A DNA stretch of 62,375 bases, filler included, from Babesia bigemina (lineage: Eukaryota), in the NCBI RefSeq assembly GCF_000981445.1. It is 13 parts of 13 records of this genome, joined end to end, with 100 filler letters (N's around TTAATTAATTAA, not from the genome) between each part and the next. Parts side by side here need not be neighbours in the genome. Positions count along the whole stretch, not along the records: positions 25,054 to 27,877 come from NW_012236911.1; positions 27,978 to 30,341 come from NW_012236912.1; positions 30,442 to 33,669 come from NW_012236913.1; positions 33,770 to 36,776 come from NW_012236914.1; positions 36,877 to 47,031 come from NW_012236915.1; 8 more parts are not named here. The stretch is one strand, 5' to 3'. Under the pieces are notes generated by a model. The model did not search any database. It had not been told where the DNA came from and worked only from the letters and a program-made list of their open reading frames with translations. This document shows, in pieces, positions 25,054 through 38,033 of this stretch. Both the position numbers and the translations under genes were made by a program. The stretch's first letter is position 1, and every line of letters starts with the position of its first letter.

Positions 25054-27560
25054 CTCCTTAACCCACTCCACATCGCGCCTTACCCACTGTACGTCGCCCC
25101 TTTGTCCACTCTACATCGCCCCTTTATCCACTCTACATCGCCCCTTTGTCCACTCTACATCGCCCCTTTACCCACTCTACATCGCCCCTTTATCCACTCT
25201 ACATCGCTCCCTAACCCACTCTACATCGCCCCTTAACCCACTCTACATCGCTCCTTAACCCACTCTACATCGCCCCTTTATCCACTCTACATCGCTCCTT
25301 AACCCACTCTACATCGCCCCCTAACCCACTCCACATCGCCCCTTTACCCACTCTACATCGCTCCCTAACCCACTCTACATCGCCCCTTAACCCACTCAAA
25401 ATCGCCCCTTAACCCATTCAAAATGGCCCCTTAACCAATTCAAAATGGCCCTTTAACCCCCTCAAAATGGCCCCTAAACCAATTCAAAATGGCCCTTAAC
25501 CCACTCCAAATGGCCCCTTAACCCATTCAAAATGGCCCCTTAACCCACTCTACATCGCCCCTTTACCCACTCCAAATCGCCCCTTAACCCACTCAAAATC
25601 GCCCCTTAATCCACTCTACATCGCCCCTTAACCCACTCTACATCGCTCGCCTTATCCACTCTACATCGCCCCTTTAGCCACTCTACATCGCCCCTTAATC
25701 CACTCTACATCGCCCCTTACCCACTCTACATCGCCCCTTAACCCACTCTACATCGCCCCTTAACCACTCTACATCGCCCCTTTATCCACTCTACATCGCT
25801 CCCTTACCCACTCTACATCGCCCCTTAACCCACTCTACATCGCTCCTTTATCCACTCTACATCGCTCCTTTATCCACTCTACATCGCTCCTTTATCCACT
25901 CTACATCGCTCCTTTATCCACTCTACATCGCTCCTTAATCCACTCTACATCGCTCCCTAACCCACTCTACATCGCTCCCTAACCCACTCTACATCGCTCC
26001 TTAACCCACTCTACATCGCCCCTTTATCCACTCTACATCGCTCCTTAACCCACTCTACATCGCCCCTTTACCCACTCTACATCGCCCCTTAACCCACTCC
26101 ACATCGCTCCTTAACCCACTCTACATCGCCCCTTAACCCACTCTACATCGCCCCTTAACCCACTCTACATCGCCCCTTAACCCACTCTACATCGCCCCTT
26201 AATCCACTCTACATCGCTCCTTAACCCACTCTACATCGCCCCTTAACCCACTCTACATCGCCCCTTAACCCACTCTACATCGCTCCTTAACCCACTCTAC
26301 ATCGCCCCTTAACCCACTCTACATCGCCCCTTAACCCACTCTACATCGCCCCTTTACCCACTCTACATCGCTCCCTAATCCACTCTACATCGCCCCTTAA
26401 CCCACTCTACATCGCTCCCTAATCCACTCTACATCGCTCCTTTATCCACTCTACATCGCTCCCTAACCCACTCTACATCGCCCCTTAACCCACTCTACAT
26501 CGCTCCCTTATCCACTCTACATCGCCCCTCTATCCACTCTACATCGCCCCTTAACCCACTCCACATCGCTCCCTAATCCACTCTACATCCCTCCCTTATC
26601 CACTATACATCGCCCCTTAACTCACTCTACATCGCCCCTTTATCCACTCTACATCGCTCCCTTATCCACTATACATCGCCCCTTAACTCACTCTACATCG
26701 CCCCTTTATCCACTCTACATCGCTCTCTAACCCACTCTGCATCGCTCCCTTACCCACTCCACATCGCCCCTTTACCCACTCTACATCGCCCCTTAACCCG
26801 TTCTACATCGCCCCTTTACCCACTCTACATCGCCCCTTAACCCACTCTACATCGCCCCTTAACCCACTCTGCATCGCCCCTTTACCCACTCTTCATCGCC
26901 CCTTTACCCACTCTACATCGCTCCCTTGTCCACTCTACATCGCTCCCTAACCCACTCTACATCGCCCCTTTACCCACTCTACATCGCTCCTCTATCCACT
27001 CTACATCGCTCCTTAACCCACTCTACATCGCCCCTTAACCCACTCTACATCGCTCCCTAACCGACTCTACATCGCCCCTTTACCCACTGTACATCGCCCC
27101 TTTATCCACTCCACATCGCTCCTTTATCCACTCCACATCGCCCCTTTATCCACTCTACATCGCCCCTTAACCCACCCTTCATCGCTCCCTAACCCACTCT
27201 ACATCGCTCCTTTACCCACTCTGCATCGCCCCTTTACCCACTCTACATCGCTCCCTAACCCACTCTACATCGCCCCTTAGTCCACTCTACATCGCCCCTT
27301 TATCCACTCTACATCGCCCCTTAACCCACTCTACATCGCCCCTTTATCCACTCTACATCGCCGCTTATCCACTCTACATCGCCCCTTTATCCACTCTACA
27401 TCGCTCTCTAACCCACTCTACATCGCTCCCTAACCCACTCCACATCGCCCCTTTATCCACTCCACATCGCCCCTTAACCCACTCTACATCGCTCCTTTAC
27501 CCACTCTACATCGCTCCCTAACTTACTCTACATCGCCCCTTTACCCACTCTACATCCCTC
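25054..27560 (+). repeat. 22-bp ves-associated minisatellite (CCCACTCTACATCGC[C/T]CC[C/T]TAA), ~110 units
   Basis: Direct tandem repeat, immediately 5' of a ves1-like ORF. Confidence 0.97.
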
Positions 27561-27618
27561 CAATTACCTCGCCATATTACCGCTATGACCTCTTTAAACC
27601 ACAATAATAACTTGTGCC

Positions 27619-27877
27619 TTGTCACCCTTCCCTTACCTTCTGACTGAGTCCATAGACTGGTTGATCCAGGTTAGGCATGGGAATGGTGGCAGTGATGGTC
27701 TTACCAAGTTGTCTCAAGCTTTGAAAAAGTTGATTGAGGAGGCTATTGAGAAGGCTACTAAGTCCCTCCAAGCCGAAAAAAATAAACTTGAATGCCCTGT
27801 TAAATACAAGGGAAATGAGTCCACTTGCCAGTACTACCAGAGGAAAATTGATGAACTTGAAAAACCTGGAAAATCTG
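27619..27877 (+). CDS. ves1: ves1-like variant erythrocyte surface antigen, 5' fragment with no ATG
   Basis: ESIDWLIQVRHGNG..GLTKLSQALKKLIEEAI, nearly identical to the start of 54753-60605; truncated by the linker. Confidence 0.8.
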
Positions 27878-27977
27878 NNNNNNNNNNNNNNNNNNNNNNN
27901 NNNNNNNNNNNNNNNNNNNNNTTAATTAATTAANNNNNNNNNNNNNNNNNNNNNNNNNNNNNNNNNNNNNNNNNNNN

Positions 27978-28813
27978 GCTCCCTAACCCACTCTACATCG
28001 CCCCTTTACCCACTCTACGTCGCTCCCTAACCCACTCTACATCGCCCCTTTATCCACTCTACATCGCCCCTTTATCCACTCCACATCGCTCCTTTATCCA
28101 CTCCACATCGCCCCTTTACCCACTCTACGTCGCTCCCTAACCCACTCTACATCGCCCCTTTATCCACTCTACATCGCCCCTAATCCACTCTACATCGCTC
28201 CCTAACCCACTCTACATCGCTCCCTAACCCACTCTACATCGCTCCCTAACCCACTCTACATCGCTCCCTAACCCACTCCACATCGCCCCTAATCCACTCT
28301 ACATCGCTCCCTAACCCACTCTACATCGCCCCTTAACCCACTCTACATCGCTCCCTTATCCACTCTACATCGCCCCTCTATCCACTCTACATCGCCCCTT
28401 AACCCACTCCACATCGCTCCCTAATCCACTCTACATCCCTCCCTTATCCACTATACATCGCCCCTTAACTCACTCTACATCGCCCCTTTATCCACTCTAC
28501 ATCGCTCCCTTATCCACTATACATCGCTCCCTAACCCACTCTACATCGCTCCCTAACCCACTCTACATCGCTCCCTAATCCACTCCACATCGCCCCTTAA
28601 CCCACTCTACATCGCTCCCTAATCCACTCTACATCGCTCCCTAATCCACTCCACATCGCTCCCTAACCCACTTTACATCGCCCCTTTATCCACTCTACAT
28701 CCCTCCCTAACCCACTCTACATCGCCCCTTAACCCACTCCACATCGCCCCTTTGTCCACTCTACATCGCCCCTTTGTCCACTCTACATCGCCCCTTTATC
28801 CACTCTACATCCC
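27978..28813 (+). repeat. 22-bp ves-associated minisatellite
   Basis: Same unit as 25054-27560; 5' of a ves1-like ORF. Confidence 0.97.
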
Positions 28814-29001
28814 TTCAATTACCTCGCCATAATACCTCTATGACCTCTATTAACCATAGCAATAACTTGTGCCTTGTCACCCTTCACTTCCCTTCTTCCA
28901 CCTCTTGCCACTGCCATGTCCCATCATGTTCACCTTAACTCCAAATCCCTCGAATTTGCTCGTCTTATTAACGCTATCACCTCTTTAAACCACAATAATA
29001 A

Positions 29002-30341
29002 CTTGTTGATACTGACCATTCTCTTACTGACGATGCTACTAGAAGAGCCTTGAATGACATTGACTCCAAGCTCATTAGCCTTGGTCACCTTGCTGGACAG
29101 CTTGGAGGATTTGTTGGTGAGAGTGAGAGTGTTAAGAAAGCCGTTGAGAATGCTATTATCGCCCAAATTACCAGTAATGAAGAGCTTAAAAATGATTACT
29201 CTTCTCTTGTTACTAACCTTTCTGTGTCTGTCAACTCTGTTGGCAAGGCTGATGACACCGGTGAAATTAGTGAGCTTAGTGAGCGAGTTACTCAGCAAAT
29301 TAAGCTTTTTGAAGATGAACTTAGTAAGCATAATAACCTTAATAAAGATGCTTCTCCTTCTTCCCCCTCTCCCTCTGCTGAGCTAGCCAAATTGCATTCC
29401 AAGTTGGAGGCTTTGAAGGAAGTGGAGAAGCTTTGTGGATTTTTGACTAATTCTAATAAGCAGCAAAATAACCCTACTAATAATATTTTAACGCATTTAT
29501 GTGACGGCCTCGAAAAATTCCTCGGCTTCAACAAAAACTCCAAAGGCTACGATGGCACTGGGATTGTCTACTCTGACATTGATAGGCTGTGTGACGCGGT
29601 GATGGGATTTTTGAGTGGTGTGCTTGGTGCGGTGAAAGATGAAAATGAAGTGACAACTTATGATAATTACATTACTGGAGATGATAAAAAGCTTAAAAGT
29701 GTTCTCAAACTTGTAGATAGTAAAATTGGCTCCGGGCGCACTGGGCTTGCGGCGTCTGTCGGCGCGGTGAAGGAGTGGTTGGAGGGGTATGAAAATACAT
29801 TAACTGAGAAAACTAGTGAAGTTACTAAGCACTTAGATACACTTATTAATGAGATTGACAGCGATATTAATGATGTTCAAGGCTTAAGTACATATAGACT
29901 TTTTCAACAGTATGACTCTTGTTCTCTAATCGCCACGAGGATGACCGGGCATATCCATTTGGCGGAAAAGGACTTGAAGAATGTTGATAGTGAAATGGGA
30001 GATAAGTTAGCACCGTCGATGAAGTCACTGCATCAAGCTGTCAACAACTTTAAAAAATCGGCAGACAATAAGGATATTGAGGAGTTGAACAAGTTTGCAG
30101 GGAGTGAGTTGGATACATTGAGGTGCAGTGTGGAAGGGAAAGTAACTCATCGTATTATTAGTGTCAGAGAAACTTTGCAAACTGAATTTCAACAGAAAAT
30201 TGAGGATCCCATCAAAAAAGTGAAAACGAAATTAACCAGTGTCGATGAAGATTTAAAAACATGGATTCAAGCTGCGAAGAAGTTGCTGCAGGGAGCGGTG
30301 ACTGCAGCTGGCGATGTGAATACAGATTTAGATCCCCTTAC
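29002..30341 (+). CDS. ves1: ves1-like antigen, N-terminal part, no start ATG, truncated by linker
   Basis: ISLGHLAGQLGGFVG and NILTHLCDGLEKFLGF..GYDGTGIVYSDIDRLCDAVMGFLSGVL motifs; the frame opens after TAA TAA at 28996-29001. Confidence 0.85.
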
Positions 30342-30441
30342 NNNNNNNNNNNNNNNNNNNNNNNNNNNNNNNNNNNNNNNNNNNNTTAATTAATTAANNN
30401 NNNNNNNNNNNNNNNNNNNNNNNNNNNNNNNNNNNNNNNNN

Positions 30442-31395
30442 GGGCGCCGCTTCTAGAATGGCCTCATTTTCTCTATACCTCAGTTGGAACCGAGACCTGT
30501 CCAGGTTAAGCACCATTTTATCGCCCTTATACAATACTGTCGCTCCAGGAGCAAACTGATGTCGTGAGCTTAAACTAGTTCTTGATGCAGATGACGTTTT
30601 AAGCACAGAAGTTAAAAGAGTGATAACTTCTTCAGCTTCAAATATCACCCCAGCTTTTTTCTGCTCATGAAGGTTAGATGCCTGCTGCTTAAGTAATTCC
30701 TCTTTATCTGTAAAGGCTTTTTGAAGTGCATCACCTGACCGGGCAGATAGTTCACCGGGGTGAGAAAAAAGAGCAACAACTGATTTAGGCAATTTGGCGG
30801 TGTTGATACAGCGGGTAATAATCTTACGTGAAATATTTTCCGCATCAGCCAGCGCAGAAATATTTCCAGCAAATTCATTCTGCAATCGGCTTGCATAACG
30901 CTGACCACGTTCATAAGCACTTGTTGGGCGATAATCGTTACCCAATCTGGATAATGCAGCCATCTGCTCATCATCCAGCTCGCCAACCAGAACACGATAA
31001 TCACTTTCGGTAAGTGCAGCAGCTTTACGACGGCGACTCCCATCGGCAATTTCTATGACACCAGATACTCTTCGACCGAACGCCGGTGTCTGTTGACCAG
31101 TCAGTAGAAAAGAAGGGATGAGATCATCCAGTGCGTCCTCAGTAAGCAGCTCCTGGTCACGTTCATTACCTGACCATACCCGAGAGGTCTTCTCAACACT
31201 ATCACCCCGGAGCACTTCAAGAGTAAACTTCACATCCCGACCACATACAGGCAAAGTAATGGCATTACCGCGAGCCATTACTCCTACGCGCGCAATTAAC
31301 GAATCCACCATCGGGGCAGCTGGTGTCGATAACGAAGTATCTTCAACCGGTTGAGTATTGAGCGTATGTTTTGGAATAACAGGCGCACGCTTCAT
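30442..31395 (-). CDS. sopB: F-plasmid partition protein SopB (vector contamination; 3' end low quality)
   Basis: [38 protein letters not shown].. is the F SopB sequence. Confidence 0.98.
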
Positions 31396-32570
31396 TATCT
31401 AATCTCCCAGCGTGGTTTAATCAGACGATCGAAAATTTCATTGCAGACAGGTTCCCAAATAGAAAGAGCATTTCTCCAGGCACCAGTTGAAGAGCGTTGA
31501 TCAATGGCCTGTTCAAAAACAGTTCTCATCCGGATCTGACCTTTACCAACTTCATCCGTTTCACGTACAACATTTTTTAGAACCATGCTTCCCCAGGCAT
31601 CCCGAATTTGCTCCTCCATCCACGGGGACTGAGAGCCATTACTATTGCTGTATTTGGTAAGCAAAATACGTACATCAGGCTCGAACCCTTTAAGATCAAC
31701 GTTCTTGAGCAGATCACGAAGCATATCGAAAAACTGCAGTGCGGAGGTGTAGTCAAACAACTCAGCAGGCGTGGGAACAATCAGCACATCAGCAGCACAT
31801 ACGACATTAATCGTGCCGATACCCAGGTTAGGCGCGCTGTCAATAACTATGACATCATAGTCATGAGCAACAGTTTCAATGGCCAGTCGGAGCATCAGGT
31901 GTGGATCGGTGGGCAGTTTACCTTCATCAAATTTGCCCATTAACTCAGTTTCAATACGGTGCAGAGCCAGACAGGAAGGAATAATGTCAAGCCCCGGCCA
32001 GCAAGTGGGCTTTATTGCATAAGTGACATCGTCCTTTTCCCCAAGATAGAAAGGCAGGAGAGTGTCTTCTGCATGAATATGAAGATCTGGTACCCATCCG
32101 TGATACATTGAGGCTGTTCCCTGGGGGTCGTTACCTTCCACGAGCAAAACACGTAGCCCCTTCAGAGCCAGATCCTGAGCAAGATGAACAGAAACTGAGG
32201 TTTTGTAAACGCCACCTTTATGGGCAGCAACCCCGATCACCGGTGGAAATACGTCTTCAGCACGTCGCAATCGCGTACCAAACACATCACGCATATGATT
32301 AATTTGTTCAATTGTATAACCAACACGTTGCTCAACCCGTCCTCGAATTTCCATATCCGGGTGCGGTAGTCGCCCTGCTTTCTCGGCATCTCTGATAGCC
32401 TGAGAAGAAACCCCAACTAAATCCGCTGCTTCACCTATTCTCCAGCGCCGGGTTATTTTCCTCGCTTCCGGGCTGTCATCATTAAACTGTGCAATGGCGA
32501 TAGCCTTCGTCATTTCATGACCAGCGTTTATGCACTGGTTAAGTGTTTCCATGAGTTTCATTCTGAACAT
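31395..32570 (-). CDS. sopA: F-plasmid partition ATPase SopA (vector contamination)
   Basis: [22 protein letters not shown].., deviant Walker A KGGVYKT, ends LIKPRWEIR. Confidence 0.99.
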   Translation of the reverse strand: MFRMKLMETLNQCINAGHEMTKAIAIAQFNDDSPEARKITRRWRIGEAADLVGVSSQAIRDAEKAGRLPHPDMEIRGRVEQRVGYTIEQINHMRDVFGTRLRRAEDVFPPVIGVAAHKGGVYKTSVSVHLAQDLALKGLRVLLVEGNDPQGTASMYHGWVPDLHIHAEDTLLPFYLGEKDDVTYAIKPTCWPGLDIIPSCLALHRIETELMGKFDEGKLPTDPHLMLRLAIETVAHDYDVIVIDSAPNLGIGTINVVCAADVLIVPTPAELFDYTSALQFFDMLRDLLKNVDLKGFEPDVRILLTKYSNSNGSQSPWMEEQIRDAWGSMVLKNVVRETDEVGKGQIRMRTVFEQAIDQRSSTGAWRNALSIWEPVCNEIFDRLIKPRWEIR

Positions 32571-32898
32571 CCTTTAATCATTGCTTTGCGTTTTTTTATT
32601 AAATCTTGCAATTTACTGCAAAGCAACAACAAAATCGCAAAGTCATCAAAAAACCGCAAAGTTGTTTAAAATAAGAGCAACACTACAAAAGGAGATAAGA
32701 AGAGCACATACCTCAGTCACTTATTATCACTAGCGCTCGCCGCAGCCGTGTAACCGAGCATAGCGAGCGAACTGGCGAGGAAGCAAAGAAGAACTGTTCT
32801 GTCAGATAGCTCTTACGCTCAGCGCAAGAAGAAATATCCACCGTGGGAAAAACTCCAGGTAGAGGTACACACGCGGATAGCCAATTCAGAGTAATAAA

Positions 32899-33145
32899 CT
32901 GTGATAATCAACCCTCATCAATGATGACGAACTAACCCCCGATATCAAGTCACATGACGAAGGGAAAGAGAAGGAAATCAACTGTGACAAACTGCCCTCA
33001 AATTTGGCTTCCTTAAAAATTACAGTTCAAAAAGTATGAGAAAATCCATGCAGGCTGAAGGAAACAGCAAAACTGTGACAAATTACCCTCAGTAGGTCAG
33101 AACAATGTGACGAACCACCCTCAAATCTGTGACAGATAACCCTCA
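32899..33145. promoter_or_regulatory. incC: F-plasmid incC iterons (five 19-bp RepE-binding repeats)
   Basis: CTGTGA-N7-CCCTCA-like copies at 32899, 32982, 33073, 33105 and 33127, between repE and sopA. Confidence 0.9.
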
Positions 33146-33147
33146 GA

Positions 33148-33669
<522 letters not shown>

Positions 33670-33905
33670 NNNNNNNNNNNNNNNNNNNNNNNNNNNNNNN
33701 NNNNNNNNNNNNNTTAATTAATTAANNNNNNNNNNNNNNNNNNNNNNNNNNNNNNNNNNNNNNNNNNNNTTTTCCTGGGGTTTCAAAATTTTTTCCACAT
33801 TTCAAATAAGAGCTCAAGAAATTGGCAATTTTCAATACGTTTTTTGGGCCTTGTTTTCAGCCTTGGGGGTAAATTTTTGGCAGTTTCAATCCACTTGGGA
33901 AAAGC

Positions 33906-36032
33906 TTAAACTGGGTTTAAAGCCGTCATTGGCTTTTGAAAATTCCGTCTAGCAGTATCCATTTTATCAATTTCACTGGCCAGCGTCGATTTACCTTTTG
34001 CAGGATCCAACGCTTTATGCAACTCTGCAGCCCTACTAACCGCTATATCAAGCACAATTTCCGCCGCCTCTCTCCACTTCTTCAGGTCGTCGTTAGCCTT
34101 TTGTAACTCCGCATCCACTTGAGCAACTGCGTCCTTAGCTGCATTAATCTGCTTGATGCCTTGGCCAATCGGCTGCTGTCCATCTTTGTCATCCAACTTC
34201 TTGTGCACTTCCTCAGCCCTTTTAACCGCCTCCCGAATCACTTTCCCAGCCTCCTTATTCCAATCCTCCAGATTTTTGTCAACACTATTCAGCTCCTTAT
34301 TAACATTTTTAATCGTCTTGTTTGCTTCCTTAATTTCCCCGATTTTCTCACTCAGTTCCTTGTGAACTTCCAAGCTCTTGTAAACCTCCTCAGCTTTGTC
34401 CTGTGCTTTTTTGCGGATATCATCCGCATCGGTGATCCACGTATTCAACTTCTCAACTTGACTTTTGAGTTGTTCATTTTGCGGATGAAATAGCCTTTTC
34501 AGCGGTCTCAATATTCTCAAGGTTCTTGCCAATTGGATGGGCATCACCATGTTGTGACGGATCCAATTGCTTACTCACCTCTCCAGCCTTCCCAGCAGCG
34601 CTGGTGAGCACACCGTGCGCGGCATCTTTCCGATCTTCCAAATCACTGTGAACAGTTTTAAGCTCGCTACTCACGCTCTCAACTTTGCTTCTTGCAGCTT
34701 CAATCTTCTTAAGTCCTCCACCAATCGTCGTACTGTTATCCCTATCCAACCTCCCATAGACATTTTCCGCCTTCTCCTTAACCACACTGACGGCTGTCTC
34801 TGCCTCAGTGATCCACTTATTCAACTCCTCAACTTTCTTGCCAAGCTCACTATCAATGTCCGCGGCGGCCTGATCAATCGCCTTTCTATGCTCTCCATCA
34901 AGTTGCTCCATGATGTTACCAACATACTTTTTCACATCTTGAATATACTTTTTTGCCTTACCCATCCACTGTCCGAGTTCCTTGACATATTCCTCCAGAC
35001 TGGCAGTGACACCTTCCAACTTCATTTTAATCTCACTGGCACGGTCCTTCGACAACACGACAACGGCATGCACTTCTTGTCGAATTCTGTATCTAACTGC
35101 CTTTGCGAGCTTTTTAAGCCTGGTCTTGATTTTCTGTACCATCTTGTCCAACCGCTTTTTCTGCCCCTTCTTGGACCACCTGCTCAGCCAGTCGACGTGG
35201 TTGAAAAAGCTCCTCCTGGCGTCCTCGAGCTTCCTTTTCAGCTTGGGGTTCAGGTCATTAATGGCATTTGTTGCCGCCGTCAAGCTCTTAGAGAAGACCC
35301 GGGCAACCTCTTTGCAGTCCTCCACCAGTGAGGCAGCGGACTCGACAGTTCTCTCATCTTGAGTGGACGTAGATGTCTCCGTTATCTGCAAAGCTTGTAT
35401 ACCTTTACGCAACTGACCATCCGGTGCCACGTAATCCAACACAGTTTCAATCGGCTCCTTGACTTTCTCGTTAGAAGCCTCGACAGCGGCGTTGTACCTC
35501 TGGAGGCCAGTGACCACCTTGGGGATGGCTTGACGAAACCCCTTGTGACCACGCCATAGTTGGGATTTTAACTCCACAATCACATCATGTAATACATCTC
35601 TACCAGCGACGTACGGCTGGTTACCATGTACATCACTGAACACGGCATACAGGAATGCCAAGATGGCATCGCACAGGCGGGAGGCGTTGCCGTACACAAT
35701 CCCAGAACCGTCGTAGGTACCAGGAAATTGATCACCTAATAGGCTGCCAGCGGAGGCACAGAGATTATGTATAATGTTTTTATGAGGATTCTCAGAGTCT
35801 TTCGGAGCAGAGCCTTGAAGCGTTGACAATCGTGAAATGACATCGCATAAGTACGGCTCTTCTGATGCGGTTCGAGACGACAGACATCCTTCAGTGTTAT
35901 GAACAACATTGTAAAACGGCTTGCAGAGATCGTCGGACAGTGTCGAAGTCTTGGCACAGTGCCGCACCTGAAGTATACAGCCAGTCGCTGCTCAAAGGTA
36001 CACTAGTCAAAAGGTATATCACTGCGACTTCA
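33906..36032 (-). pseudogene. Divergent ves1-like gene with tandem helical repeats; disrupted 5' end and a frameshift at ~34480
   Basis: NIIHNLCASAGSLLG..YDGSGIVYGNASRLCDAILAFLYAVF is the ves N-terminal motif. DWL..QVRH is split across frames at ~35975. An extra A in GCAAAATGA joins ORFs 34474-35967 and 33906-34550. Read error is possible. Confidence 0.65.
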
Positions 36033-36876
36033 TGGCATCTACCATTCAACGCTGACGCAGTCTATCAATAACACATCAGTCCAACTAACAAACAACACAC
36101 CGCCTAACCTACCTCCTAACGCAATGTCTAATGTAGTCAACCCATTAAGACGCTTGTCGTTTGGGATGTTGAGTTGTAAAACACTTTTTATATGTGACGG
36201 TGCTCCCCAATGACTACAGTAGTATGCGAAGCTTAGTTGTGTATCATATAGGCTAGCGGTTAATAGGTATCATCATCTGAGGTTTTTGTTCATCAGTCTC
36301 ATATATGTATGGTATGGTGTGGCATTGATTTGATTCGTAGATAGGTGATGAACGCCAAAGTCAACTATTCCGGCGTGACAACCGCTAGGCGGCGTGGTAA
36401 CGTGGCGTCAGTGGGCTAGACAGTAACGATCACCAACATGGCTACCCCACTTTGCCCCCACAGTGGTCTGTCTAGGCGGCCGGGAAGGCAACAACAGCTT
36501 GGTTAGTAGTAGTAGCGTTGTCTATACCGGGTAGAGTAGATACAAGACGATGACCATGTCTGTTGATACGCATGTTACGGCAAAAAATAAAATTCACATG
36601 CATTCATCTCACTGGTATATCCGTGGTGCAAGACGCGCAGCTGTCGTGAGGCGGGCGGTCGGTTGGATGCCTTTGTTGTAAACTCGGCCGCATACGCTGT
36701 GGGATCACGGTAAGGCACCCTCAATGCTAGTGCGTTATCTCATTCCGTCCCCGGTGCGTCTAACCGCCCGTGCGAANNNNNNNNNNNNNNNNNNNNNNNN
36801 NNNNNNNNNNNNNNNNNNNNTTAATTAATTAANNNNNNNNNNNNNNNNNNNNNNNNNNNNNNNNNNNNNNNNNNNN

Positions 36877-37897
36877 TGTAGAGTGGATTAGGGAGCGATG
36901 TAGAGTGGATAACGGTTCGATGTAGAGTGGGTTAAGGGGCGATGTGGAGTGGATAAAGGGGTGATGTAGAGTGGGTTAGGGAGCGATGTAGAGTGGGTTA
37001 GGGAGCGATGTGGAGTGGTTTAGGGAGCGATGTAGAGTGGATAAGGGAGCGATGTAGAGTGGTTAAAGGGGCGATGTAGAGTGGGTTAAGGGGCGATGTA
37101 GAGTGGGTTAGGGAGCGATGTGGAGTGGATAAAGGGGCGACGTAGAGTGGATTAGGGAGCGATGTAAGGTGGGTTAGGGAGCGATGTGGAGTGGATAAAG
37201 GGGCGACGTAGAGTGGATTAGGGAGCGACGTAGAGTGGATAAGGGGCGATGTAGAGTGGATAAAGGGGCGATGTATAGTGGATAAAGGGGCGATGTAGAG
37301 TGGGTTAGGGAGCGATGTAGAGTGGATAAAGGGGCGATGTAGAGTGGGTTAAGGGGCGATGTAGAGTGGGTTAAGGAGCGATGTGGAGTGGATTAGGGAG
37401 CGATGTAGAGTGGATAGAGGAGCGATGTAGAGTGGGTAAAGGGGCGATGTAAGGTGGGTTAGGGAGCGATGTAGAGTGGGTTAAGGAGCGATGTAGAGTG
37501 GGTTAGGGAGCGATGTAGAGTGGGTTAAGGAGCGATGTAGAGTGGGTTAAGGAGCGATGTAGAGTGGGTTAGGGAGCGATGTAGAGTGGATAGAGGAGCG
37601 ATGTAGAGTGGGTTAAGTGGCGATGTAGAGTGGGTAAAGGGGCGATGTAGAGTGGATAAAGGGCGATGTAGAGTGGGTAAAGGGGCGATGTGGAGTGGGT
37701 TAAGGGGCGATGTAAGGTGGACAAGGAGCGATGTAGAGTGGGTTAAGGGGCGATGTAGAGTGGGTTAGGGAGCGATGTGGACTGGATAAAGGAGCGATGT
37801 AGAGTGGGTTAGGGAGCGATGTGGAGTGGGTTAGGGAGCGATGTAGAGTGGATAAAGGGGCGATGTGGAGTGGGTTAAGGAGCGATGTAGAGTGGAT
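36877..37897 (-). repeat. 22-bp ves-associated minisatellite (reverse orientation)
   Basis: GATGTAGAGTGGGTTAGGGAGC tandem units. Confidence 0.97.
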
Positions 37898-37916
37898 TAT
37901 AATCACCACTAGTGTC

Positions 37917-38033
37917 CATGTCATCGCTGCCGTAACCAGTAACCATGTCATCGCTGCCGTGACCATGTCATCGCTGCCGTGATCATGTCATCGCTGCCGT
38001 AACCTTAACTTGGTAACCATGTCATCGCTGCCG
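37917..38033 (-). repeat. 20-bp repeat (CACGGCAGCGATGACATGGT)
   Basis: About 5 interrupted copies; same family as 60845-61025; abuts the 22-bp array in both places. Confidence 0.9.

Noticed and set aside
25385..25600. Apparent variant repeat class (CAAAATGGCCCC) inside the 22-bp array
   Set aside because: The gradual, localised degradation is typical of a poor-quality read end.
28984..28990. TTTAAAC -1 slippery heptamer in the leader uORF (MSHHVH..) that could shift into the ves frame
   Set aside because: The -1 frame meets TAA TAA two codons later, before the ves sequence opens, and the heptamer is not conserved in the 46020 or 54753 copies.
34567..35331. Long antisense ORFs over coding genes (also 3526-4326, 6411-7052, 47617-48081)
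   Set aside because: Shadow ORFs of real genes on the opposite strand, with no independent motifs.
37700..37966. ORF running from the 20-bp repeat into the 22-bp array (MVTAAMTW..HSTSLLNPLHIAP)
   Set aside because: Only about three units need to avoid a stop, which is compatible with chance, and the arrays are otherwise full of stops.
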